Program-made: the position numbers and the translations under genes
Shown: piece after piece, positions 35,297-47,298 of the stretch
Numbering within the stretch: position 1 is the stretch's first letter
How the letters are laid out: the number at the start of each line of letters is the position of its first letter
Source of the DNA: Selaginella moellendorffii
Lineage: Eukaryota; Plantae; Lycopodiophyta
Length of the DNA: 64,000 nt
Direction: 5' to 3'
Assembly: GCF_000143415.4 (NCBI RefSeq)
Contig: NW_003314356.1
Coordinates: 496,001-560,000, forward strand
The notes under the pieces: generated by a model
What the model saw: only the letters and a program-made list of their open reading frames with translations
Databases searched by the model: none
What the model was told of the DNA's origin: nothing

Positions 35297-37736
35297 ATTG
35301 CGAGAAAAACTTAAGGAAAGGACCTCACCTCCTCTTCCTCATAGACTGCATTAACTAATTTATCAATCCCTTCAACTTCACCACAACCGTATTTTTTTAT
35401 GACATTGATACAAGATTTTGTCTTATGTTTGGTAGGGCATTCCAAGGACCTTTGTCCTACCTCTTCATAATGGAAACAATGACCCACTACCCATTCCACT
35501 AGGAATAAGTTTCACAAGCTACTACTACTTATACCCACTATAAGGAGGAATAAAGGGCTTAGGATTAAAAGAAGCTACTAGTGGTCACTAACCCCCACCC
35601 TTATTAATTGTCACTTATGAGCCTCTAGAGTAGAATTTTCCTTCCACCTTTTGTTTTTTATTACTTTATTTATTCCTAGAGTTCTTATTCTTGTATGAGG
35701 TACCAACATATAGTTGTTAATATTGTTTCAGAAGCGAGTCATTGAAGGCAACTTCTTGTGCTGCCTCTCTAAATTTCAAATAAGTCTTTGGCTTAAACTT
35801 CAAAATCTTATTGCAAGAAAGTAAACTTAAACCTTTCAAGAAGTGTGTTTCTAAGTAAACACATTAATGTAGTGTATAAAGTCTACACACTACTTTAACT
35901 ACCACAACTCTACATGAAGTCTCAAAGAAAGATCATCTGACAAGTATTCTTTATAGATACAAGACTATATCTTAGTCTAGCTTCTATTCTACCCTTTTTC
36001 AACACATACATGGTGCTACCAAGTTTTGGTATGATCGGTGAGAAAGGATTGCACACATGCAATCTTCACATGATCATTCATGTTTGCTGCTATAAAATAT
36101 TTTTCTATATTTTAGACCTAGTCTTCTAAACCTTAATAATCCCACATGCCTCTACAATTAGGTGGTTTCAAGGGCTTGAACTTTGAAATTCGTGCAACTA
36201 GAAGCAATTGCAGAACTTCATTGTCCTCAAAACTTAAAAAGGAGTTTAATTGCTAAAGTTTAACTGGTTTAGCTGCCTTAGCTTCTCCTTTTCTTGTTTT
36301 CCCTCTTTAATTTGTGAACTTCCATTTGCAAATGCTACACTATAATGCTATAGTATCAAGCTATTCCTCTTTTGACTCAACTTTAGCCTCTTCTGTAGCA
36401 TCTCTAGTAGGATTTTCCACTTCTTGCTTCATTTATTTAAAGGTTTCAACATCATTAGTATAGTTCTTTTTTGCTATATCACTAGGTTCATACATGCTTC
36501 CATCAATAAATGAACATTCATACAATGTTCCCAATGGTGCAATTTAACTAATCTTACATAAGTTGCATTGGATTTACTAAAAAAATCCCTACATATGCAA
36601 TTAGAGTTAGAAACTCTGACAAAAGTTGGATAAGAATTGTTGAGACAATTCTTAAATTTGGAGCCAAACTCCAAGCCTAATTGGTATATACTTAATATCC
36701 CCTATAAGCACAAACTCCCCATATCTAGCTCTTGCATGCAAAACAATGTCACATGGAGTCTGGCATAATTTCTAGAAACTACTGGCCTATCATGAGGAGG
36801 TACCCCACCGACAAAAGAACCATGGAATTTGGGCTTAGACCTAAGCTAGATGTAAAACAACCCAATAAAAGATAAATTAATGTCTTAAATGGTTGGCTAT
36901 ACTTCCAACTACTATCCTTATTATACACTTAGAACCCCTTATAACCCATTTGGTATGATCGGTGAGAAAGGATTGCACACATGCAATCTTCACATGATCA
37001 TTCATGTTTTCTGCTATAAAATATTTTTCTATATTGTAGACCCAGTCTTCTAAAACTTGATAATCCCACATGCCTCTACAATTAGGTGGTTGCAAGGGCT
37101 TGAACTTTGAAATTCGTGCAACTAGAGGCAATTGTAGAACTTCATTGTCCTCAAAACTTAAAAAGGAGTTTAATTGCTAAAGTTTAGCTAGTTTAGCTGC
37201 TTTAGCTTCTCCTTTTTCTTGTTTTCCCTCTTTAATTTGCAAATGCTACACTCTAATGTTGTAGTATCAAGCTATTCCTCTTTTGACTCAACTTTAGCCT
37301 CTTCTGTAACATCTCTAGTAGGATTTTCTACTTCTTGATTCACTCATTTAGAGGTTTCAACATCATCAATATAGTTCTTTTTTGCCATGTCACTAAGTTC
37401 ATACATGCTTCCATCAATAAATGAACATTCATACAATGTTCCCAATGGTGCAATTTAACTAATATTACATAAGTTGCTTTGGATTTACTAAAAAAATCCC
37501 TACGTATGCAATTAGAGTTAGAAACTCTAACAAAAGTTGGACAAGAATCATTGAGACAATTCTTAAATTTGGAGCTAAACTCCAAGCCCATTTGGTATAT
37601 ACTCAATATCCCCTATAAGCACAAACTCCCCATATCTAGCTCTTGCATGCAAACAACAATTTTTGGAAACTACTGGCCTATCATGAGGAGGTACCCCACC
37701 GATAAAAGAACCATAGAACTTGGGCTTAGACCTAAG
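35297..37736 (-). pseudogene. Degraded gypsy gag with a ~0.9 kb tandem duplication
   Basis: KFKPLQPPNCRGMWDYQVLEDWVYNIEKYF (gag N-terminal motif) and knuckle relic CFHYEEVGQRSLEC; 36025-36948 repeated at 36949-37736 + 39411-39513. Confidence 0.7.
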
Positions 37737-39405
37737 TGTAAGCGACTAAATTTTCCATTCTACTTTAGTCACTTAACCACACCTCCGACCACTTGGAGGA
37801 GTCTCATTCACAACCTCCATAAGTCCAATCCAGGACTTGGGACTTGCTAGCCCCGAGAATGGCATCCATGCCACTCAACATTTGCACTTGGTCCAAGTGC
37901 TCCACATGTCCGATCCCATGACCGACACTCAAAGGTACCACCAACATGCCAGCCCATTACGCTAAGGCCATGCCCAATCACCTTTGCCACACTGGTAGTC
38001 CATTACCATTTGCATCACAGTCTTGGCTCTCCAAGACTAGGCAAACCATCTGTGAGTGGTCATCTGAGATCCACTCCTTAGCACCCTTAGGATGCCCACC
38101 GACAAGGGGAATAGCCTTCCCCAATATCCCTCTGTCAGTCCCCACTAAGTCCCTTTCTGCCCCTGGCCGTGTTTGCCAATACTGCCACTTGATCGAGACC
38201 CACAGGCCCGACCACTAAGTCCCACGGTCCTCTGGGACTTCCTCACCACACGACTGTGTCCTTGGTCACTACCCCAGAGGACTGCTCTTCTTCCTTTCCA
38301 CAGTCTGGGCCTTTGGGGCAACATTTCGGAACACCGTGGCCTTACGCGAGCCACCTGGGTACTCTCCTCGCCTTCTGCCCTTAAGTGCTCTAGCCATGGG
38401 CTTAGAGCGAGGTTCCGTTGAGCCACGCCTGGTATCCAAGTAGGTAGTGCCACCCACACTTGGACTGGGAGCATCGGCCAGTCGATCTCCCGGGGGAACT
38501 AGAGCCGGCTCTTGAACACTTCACCAAGCTACCCCGCTTGTCGGTCCGTGTTCACTCTAGTCTTGGACTTCCCAGTGGGCAGCTCATCACCCAACACTGG
38601 GTCCGGCCTTCCTGGGCCAAACTGGCCTTTCCTGGCCAAACTGGCTCCACTGCAGTCCTCCCCCTACTATACTTTTGGAGCTCACCAAACCCCCCAGGGT
38701 CTGGGAGACGAACGCTTTGGGCTTTCACCCTCTCAAGCTTCGGACTCGGACTCGGACTCGGACTCGGCCTCGGGCTCGGTCTCGGTCTCGGTCCCGATCT
38801 CGGTCTCGGTCTCGGTCTCGGTCCCGGTCTCGGTCTCGACTTCGGACTCCATCTCGGACTCCATCTTGGACTCCATCTCGGACTCCATCTCGGACTCCAT
38901 TTCGGGTCCATCTTGGGTCCACCTCGGACTCCATCTCGGACTCCATCTCGGCCTCCATCTCGGGTCCATCTCGGACTCCACTTCGGACTCCAACTCGGGT
39001 CCATCTCGGGTCCACCTCGGACTCCACTTCGGACTCCATCTCGGACTCCATCTCGGGTCCATCTCGGACTCCACTTCGGACTCCAACTCGGGTCCATCTC
39101 GGACTCCACTTCAGACTCCAACTCGGGTCCATCTCGGACTCCACTTCGGACTCCAACTCGAGTCCATCTCGGACACTCCCACGTGTCATGTGTTGGTCCC
39201 TTTGGGTCCCTTTTTGGAGCCTCGCCTTTTGCTCGCTTCGTGCTCGTTCCTCGAGCACTTCGTTGGGAGTTTCACTCCCGCTCTTGACTTTTCAAGTCGG
39301 AGCTTTTGGTCCAAACGTGTTACGCTCGTTTGGTTTTCGCTTCGGCCACTACCACGTGGCGCCCTTCCAGCTCCACTTTGGGGCCTAGGGATTTTGTGTC
39401 TCACA
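37737..39405 (-). mobile_element. Family A solo LTR (1669 bp)
   Basis: TG...CA termini; TSD CTAAG at 37732-37736 and 39406-39410; paralogous empty site at 36841-36845. Confidence 0.97.
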
Positions 39406-41386
39406 CTAAGCTAGATATAGAACAACTCAATTAAAGATAAATTAATGTCTTAGATGGTTGGCATATACTTCCAACTACTATCCCTATTATACACTTGGAA
39501 CCCCGTATAGCCCCCCCCCCCCCGAGGAACACATGGTTTATGCTTTCAAGCCAATCCTAGGAGAGTTTTTAGGACAAACTTTTAAACTTGCTAAATGTGG
39601 AATGATATTAGATTGCAAAATATGCCCTCAAGTATATTTAGACACTTACCATAAATAATATATAAAACCATAACAAGACTAACATATAAGGTATGTTTAG
39701 TGAATATAGTAAGATATTATGTAGTGGTATTAAAGGACTAGTCTTAATACATGAGGGTTCTTGTCACTAAAAAAGGAAACTCTTTATGTATCCTTAGTTA
39801 ATAGCACATAAGAATTCCATTCTTATGTTCATCCGGTCTAAGTACACTTAAGATGTTCAATTAACTCCATTAACACAAGAGGGGTTAATAAAGGGATCCA
39901 ATTGTACCAATCTCTGTTATTATGACAATAAAAAGAGAGTGTTTATAAAGATTTACTGACAAGTATCTTTTGATACTCGAAATCACATTTATGACATACA
40001 TCAATAGTTTCATATAAATGGATGCCCCAAGGCAATACACTATAGAAAAATATTGTGCCAAGACCATAAATTTGACATGGTGTGGGAAACTTACTATCAA
40101 TGCAGTAGAGCTCTATAGGTGACTCCACATTGAAACATATATAGGAATTGGCTCTAGTCACCTCCACAAAACATGCTCCAAACAAATACAGCCCAACACA
40201 TCTTGACTAACTCAATAACCAACATCTCTTAGTTTACCATTTGCATAAGAAACCACCCACTTTATCATGTTCTTAGGCTATGAAAGAATATGCCAAAGAA
40301 GCACTTCAACATCCACAAGAGTCTTCATTGGGTACACTTCCTTTCTAGCCTATACTTTTAAGATAATGGTGCAATGTGCAGCAGTCCACACTAATAGATC
40401 TAATGAGATCCCTCATTTTGTAACCTTCTATTGATTTGGCATTTACCCATACAAAAGCCTCCTCATTCATTGACAAACTTCCCACTCATATAGCACTTGC
40501 CATGTGGGTCATCTATAAGACTGTGTCAAGCCGTTAGTGATCAATAGCACACAAAACAATCTCTTGCACTGCAAAATTGGTCCCCGTTCATGGAAAATAA
40601 CTGGAGCATAAAATCATTGTCATAGTCCTCACTTACAAGACTGCATGCTGCTAATGATCATCAAAAGTGCCACTCACACCATTAAAAAGACACTGAAGTG
40701 AAGTACCCGGAAACCTAAACCCATCACTGTGTTAATGTTTAAAATGGCTATGGTGCATTACATTTTCCATGTAGCATTGTTTTTTTTTCATATGTGGCAT
40801 GAAAAACATGACCATGCCAAAAAAAAATGGTTTCAAAACATGTTTGTAAGTTTTGAAAACTTTTAATGAAAATTATACATTCACATGTGTTTTTTAAGAT
40901 TTAACTTGTGCCCACAGGTGTGTGCCGAGCCTGATTCCTCCCTGGTGAACCTACTGCCACCCAGATTCAGGCTAGGCCCACCGTTTTCCAGCACAAGAAA
41001 AATTCAGTAAAAAATAAAAATGATTCCTGCATATACAAAGCAAACACAAATCTTTGCTAGAAATCAAATGTTTATTGCTGAATGTGCTGCAAAGCACTCT
41101 TAAAAGCTTTTCTACCAAGTGTTTGATTCTAGCAGAGTAATAACCGTATTATATCTGGAGCTCAGAGTAAAAGGATCTGTGAAGGAATTGCTTAACCTCT
41201 CAAGGTTATTTACCTCTTTTTTTCTGTTTTCCAAACACAGGTTATTCTATCATGATCCAAGTTTCTAGAGTCAGTCCTGGATATGGAGCTTGGCTGTGTT
41301 TACGGCTCTATAAAAATGTTTGTAAAACGAATATCTTTGAATAAATTATCTGGTCCAGAGATCTGTGCTGTGTTTGAGGCAGACTC

Positions 41387-41557
41387 TTCTAGAGCTTTTC
41401 TAAGCGATAGGCTCCTAGACGATTTGAAAATAGTTATACTCTCTGCGGTGCTGGGGTTTCGGTGACACCATCATAGCTGCATAAATCCGGAGCAATCCTT
41501 GAGGCTTCACTTGCCTCTCAGACAAAGCCACCCTGACGTGGCATGTCAAGCGCCAGG
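41387..41557 (-). pseudogene. Degenerate tandem copy of the CNGC 3' end
   Basis: Aligns with 41598-41786 with small deletions. Confidence 0.85.
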
Positions 41558-41644
41558 CTGGGCTGTGTTTAATAAGGTAGACTTGGAAACAAAGCCCTTC
41601 TAGACCTTTTCTAAGCGATAGGCTTCTCCACGAGTTGAAAATAG

Positions 41645-44042
41645 TTATACTCTCTGCAGTGCTGTTGCGTCTCGAGGTTTTGGTGACACCATCATAGCTG
41701 CGTACATCCGGAGCAAATCCTTCCGGAGTGACGCTTCACTTGCCTTTCGGACAAAGCCACCCTGACGTGGCATGTCAAGAGCCAGGGCCTTGTGGTACTT
41801 GTAACGCCTCCATGCAAGCTGGATGTTTACAGCTGCCCAGGTCCGCCATCCAGGCGAGTAGTACCGGGTAGTGTGCCTCAGCTTCTCGTTGATGAAGGTG
41901 TGCTGAAAGTTCTGCGTCACGTACTTCAAGTCTTCGGCTTCAAGGCCAAACGCCTCCACTGATTCCAGGCAGCTGATGGTGGCAATGGAGGGTGGCAAAC
42001 TCGCAATTGTGTCGGATGACCTGTATAGGCACCACGGTAGAAGTTCTTCCCCACAAAAGTTGCCAGGGCCCAGTGTGACAGTGCTCATTTTGCTCTTGCC
42101 CACTCGATACACGCTCTCAAGTTGCCCACGGACCATAAATAGCATGCGTAGCACGGGGTCGCCTTCTCTCATAATCTGACGTGCACATTTTCAGAGCAGC
42201 CGGCGTTAATAAAAACAAAGATTACAGTGGAGCTTCTTACGATTTCGTCCTTGATATAAAGGATTGGCTTCACGCGGTCGCAAATATTGTCTAGAACCAC
42301 TTCGTCCATCTGTCCAAACAGTGGGACCTGCATAATTTAACAGTAGGAATGGATATTGACTAATCTTTATCATTGCAGTGCTTGCCTGTCGAACAAGGTC
42401 GAGACAGAGATGCCTCTTGATGTCTCGTTTGATGCCATCTGGCAAGTCACAAACCATGGCATGCTCGTCTACACCCCGGGTGGAAGCCCATTTCTGCCGC
42501 TCGTAATGTCGGACACGGTGCCTGAGGCGAGTTGGAAGCTGACGCCTCTTCATCCAGTGCTCCAGGTCCCTCATCTTAAGCTGCATTTCTTCTTTCTTTG
42601 AAGTCATAGAATAGAGAAACATCTGCCGTTTGACATGGTTGCTGTTAGTCCTTAAACATCAAATAATATTCTCAACACCTGAATGTTTCCAATGAGAAGT
42701 GTGAAGAGCAATAGGCCACAGGTGATGACAATGATGCTGAATGCAACCTCTGGTACATGGTTGGTGGGCTCCAAGTTTCCAAATGAGCTGCACATTGGCC
42801 CTGATTCAAATGGCTTTAAGGGAAGAGGCTCTTACCTCAATGTCATGAGACCCCAAAAAATTGGGTAGCTTATCCGTTCCAGCCAGTTCCTGGTGAGGGC
42901 CAGAGGTATTGTTGGCTGGTAGATTCCGTAGCTAAAAGTGTTGGTATAGTTGGAAATGCATGAGATGAAGGCGGCCGAGTTAATGCTGAGAGGTGATGTA
43001 GTTGATCCTTTGACTGGGGCATGTCCAAACGAGATAGGTTTGTGGCAACCTAGCCATGAGGATCGAAACCCCTTCTTTTCGAGCTGAACGTGCATACATG
43101 TCTCAATACGCTGAAGACCCAGTAGATACCAGCAAGCTCCTGCGACCTGGACGATACAGACCAGAGTAAGTAAATGTGAATGTAGTGAGTGAAGCTTACA
43201 TGCGAGGCAATGAAGTAGGCTGTGAGATTGAGGACAAATCCCCACCATGCGCTGCTAAAAATGTAGCCTGTCACATGTTGCATTCTTCGCATGAGAAGAA
43301 CCAAGTGTGACACCTTAGGCAGGTACTGGAGAATAAAAACGAAGAGAACGAGGCTCATCATGTGAATTCCCTGGTTACGCTTTGTGATCATCCCTGGAAC
43401 TATCAGCCAGATCAGAACCTGCAGAATGTGTAGTCAGTGTTCGAATGGATCTCGTTCATTTTCAATTACCTCCATGATCGGCAGCATAACCAGAACGTCG
43501 CAGAGGAAGCCCTCACGTTGCTGAATGTAATGCAATGCTACCTTCTTACCGTCCCACACCAGTTTTCCCCTCCCAACGACAAGGCTCTTCTTAGACACGA
43601 ATGCAAGCTTGAGCTGCAGCCGGACATGCCACAGCAGCATGACATCGATCGCTGCCCGAAGAATGGTCACCAGTGCTGCAAACCACCCGTCAACATGAAG
43701 GCAGGTGGAGTCCTCATCGATCGAAACGACATACAGGAATAGGGGATCGATTGCTAAGCTGAGCCCACGAGATACAAGGAAGAGCCGGTTCCAAGCACGG
43801 ATATACCTGCTTCTTGGGTCCAGGACTTGACCAAAGATCCAGCTGCGGCTCTCACTAGATCCAGGCTCGGGTTTGTTGCTCGTTTCTGGCTGTGCGCCGC
43901 TGCTACTGCCGCTGGTGGTTGACAATGGCCGTGTAGTAGGACCGGATGACAAGCTTAAGTCAAAGCGATCTCTAGGCTTGTCTCCCGGAATCCTTTTCCA
44001 GAAGTTGAACAAAGCAGCTACTCTTTGCACCACGGAAGACAT
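41645..44042 (-). CDS. Cyclic nucleotide-gated channel, group IV-B (CNGC2/CNGC4-like), multi-exon
   Basis: VLDPRS..WNR, pore WGLMTLSSFGNLEPT, C-linker WMKRRQLP..RYERQKW..RGVDE, CNBD GPGNFCGEELL, IQ YYSPGWRTWAAVNIQLAWRRY; short introns. Confidence 0.93.
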
Positions 44043-44985
44043 CCTGCATCAAAAGAAGGGTGAGGCGGGGAGAAGTCATTTCGATGTGATCAATTACTTA
44101 GACAAGCTAGTGAATTTGAGAGCCACCGATCGAAGTCACAAGGATACAGAGGATGGCTAACATCAGATCATCCGTTTCCCTTGCCTCCTTTAATTCTTCT
44201 TCTCCATCCAATCGGGCCAACATAACGCCATGGCATTTGGTTCATAGAGCTAAAGAGTGAACACTGAGCATCGCAGGTACAAGTTCGAAAACTAGCATCT
44301 CAAATTTCTTTGCAGCGCAAGAAACATTCGCTTCGCATTTCAAGGAAGAAAACAAGATACAAGTGCACCCTTTGCTGTTTCTACAAGGCCATCTTTTGCA
44401 TTTTCTCTTTGTCGCGACTATCGAATTTTTTATTTCTATTTTTCATTGACAGGAAATAAGTGGCCTGTGGCCATTTTTTTCTTATCATAGTACAAGGCAA
44501 TGGTGTTGTGTACAACGATATTTATAACATCAGCGTTGATAGCGACATCAGAACTAAAACGTCATTTAAAGACTTTAGAAGTGTGGGTGAAAGTAACAGC
44601 ACTCGTGGACAGGATCTCATTAATATCAGCCACATGGGACATTCCAGTAGCTCCAGAAAGCACGGCAGCTTTTGCTTTTCTGTTCGAATTTCATAAATTT
44701 GGAAGCTTGAAGTTGTTTGAAGCTGATTTTCAGTTTAATGTAGAGTTATTAGTTCCGTGGCAGCTGAATCCTGGGTTTAACAGCTTGTGAGCACCAACCA
44801 AGAAGAAGGTGAAACCGAGGTGCCGCTAGGATTGATGGAGTTTAAAAGTACATGTAATATACTCAAGAGATCTACTGGGGAAAAAGGGACAAGCACATGA
44901 CACCAAAATGTAGCCATTCAGATAAATGCCGAGCGCGCATGCTATAACTGTAGGTAGGTAAACATGTTCTTGCTATTCTTATTAC

Positions 44986-46810
44986 CTAGCTACAGCCGAC
45001 CGAAATTGTTACAGAAGGTACTTTGCGGGTCTTGGAATTGTCCTCCATGGCCTGGTTCGTTTCTTTGTCGAATGAACCACTGCTATGTAGGATGTTCTTT
45101 CTCGCGGGCTTGCCTCTGCGCTTCTTGCGCGTGATTGCAATGGCAATGTCGTTCGGAAAGAGTGTCCTCCACACAAACGCATGGACGAGAGTGAAGACAA
45201 ACAAAAGGAAGACAACAGTGACCGCCACGAATGAAATTACTGTGGCCAGGCCTTGCGTAAACAAGCCGGGTTCTCTCACTGCGTAGTGAATCGAGGCAAT
45301 GGCAACAGCCGTGAGAGGGAATGTGTATGCCCACCACGTCAAAGAGAACCTGTAGCACAGCACAGCCGTGTTAGAGCAAAATGATGGAGAGGGCTTTAAA
45401 GTAAGTACTTGAAGCCACGAAAGATACTGACGCGAACAACCTGCATGTAAAAGCGGAGCTAGATGTTAGCAACTTGAGACTAAGCTTGAGCTTTTCTACC
45501 AGCGAGAAGAGCAAGAAGAGGCCGAGAAAAAAGACGAGCTTGGAAACGTATCCAAAGTCGCTGGTGATCTTTTCCCAGGCAACACTAGCGGTGCTGGGAA
45601 CTGCGAGAAAGAGGAAGTAGACAGGGTGCATGTCCCGCGTCAGCAGCTCGTTGGTTGGCAAGCGTTGGTAGAGCGTGACGAAGACGACGACATAGTGCGC
45701 GATGCCCACGGCCCAGAAGAAGGTTGCGAGCTCCTTCCACTCGACTGTGGCGCCCAGCAGCGACCCCACAAAGTTGCCCACAATGGAGACGTGCGTGGCG
45801 GGGTTGGCCACCTTGGACAGCCTCCGCTCCCCTCCGGACAACCATTGGCCATAGATCTTAAGCTCCAGCACCACCAGGGGCGACATGAAGACGAGCCAGG
45901 CGGCGGGATGGATTGAGGCGGCGATGGTGGGGGGCACCCCGAGCGTGAGAAACATGCCGCACACCCAGGGAGCAAAGAAGAAGTTGATGCGCACCGGGTG
46001 GTAGAACTCACGCCTCACAGCCTCAAAGTAGAAGATGCACTTGCACACATAAGTGAGGGAAATGAGGGTGTAGGCGCACAAGGCGACACACCACAGGACG
46101 AAGTTAATGTGGAGGGGGATGTGAAGGAAGCGCATCGAAGGCATGAGGGACAGCTTCTTCCACAAGATGGTCTGGCTGCCTAGACCCAGCACGATACCGA
46201 ACGAGTTGATGGGGAAGCGGAGCAAAAAGGGCCACGTCTGGTCCGTTGGGAGCAGCAAGTCTTCACTCTCCTGCGCGCACGTTTAAAATTCAGCTCATCA
46301 CCTTTTACTCCTTGTTAGTGTAAAACTTACCTTGAGAACTTCCAGCTCGGGTCCCTGAAGCGCATCAAGGTATCGACCCGCAGGGACATTTGCCTCGAGT
46401 GGTCGTGGTGAGGTGGGATCGCCATTAACAGCAGCAGCGGTGGTGGCGGCGGTGGCGGCGGCAGCAGCAGCGGCACTGGTGTCGCGGTTCCTTGAGTTGA
46501 AACTGAGCCTAGACATGGGAGACCTTGTCTGGAACATGGTGTACGTATCCGGAGTGCGCCTCTTCCACGGAGACAGGGGCTCCTCCCGTCGCATTACACC
46601 CGAGAAGCTTCTCCTCCATCGGTGCAAATCCGGATTGGGGGTGCTGCCGAGCTGCGAGCTGAAGCGCTGGTAGTTTTTGGACTGTTTGCTGCCGGCCGGT
46701 TCGTGCACTTGATCCATGAGACGGGGATCATCGTTAAACGTGTCCTTGGCTTCCAACTCCAAGACACGAAACGAGTCGGAGCGATCGGAGTGAAGCTTCT
46801 CCTCAGCCAT
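44986..46810 (-). CDS. S-type anion channel, SLAC1/SLAH family (SLAC1-like), 4 exons
   Basis: AGRYLDALQGPEL, WPFLLRFPI, RREFYHPVRINFFFAPW, WLSGGERRLSKVANP, FSLTWWAYTFP, HAFVWRTLFPNDIAIAIT; start taken at MAEEK. Confidence 0.92.
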
Positions 46811-47298
46811 GACCAAAAACAGGCGAGCCGAGCACACAGATCACATCCAGAGTGGTCTATCATCATCTACTTATAGGCCAGGCACCAAATGCATGGAGTG
46901 CCCAAGCCACGGGGAGCTAAAGAGGAAAGGGAAGAGTGCTCCCCATCAACTTTTTGGTGATCGATCGGAGATACTCGTCGATCGATCACTCGAGAGATTC
47001 GATGCTCCCATAACAATCACCCAAGAAGCCGTGCTCTGACTGCCTTACCAGATGGTGCGGTTCTCTTCCACATTCATCCATCCATCCATCCATCCACCAA
47101 ACTAAAAGCTCTTTTGACATCGGAGAGCGACCGAATTTCTTTTCTGAAAAGATTGCTGCTCGATCGAAACGAGAGAGAGAAAGAGAGAGAGAGAGCCATA
47201 CCGATCCCACGGCCGTGGATGAGCCACGTCAAGCGGTCCTCTCCCAACGGCTAGTGACCCAAGCTTGTTCTAGGTCACGCACAAGTCGAGTGTGGGCG

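Noticed and set aside
39515-40700. Host gene or DNA transposon in short ORFs 39885-40185
   Set aside because: No recognisable motif, termini or splice pattern; left unassigned.
41645-46810. Functional ion-channel cluster (CNGC next to SLAC1-like)
   Set aside because: Adjacency of two genes in a very dense region is weak evidence without synteny or co-expression.
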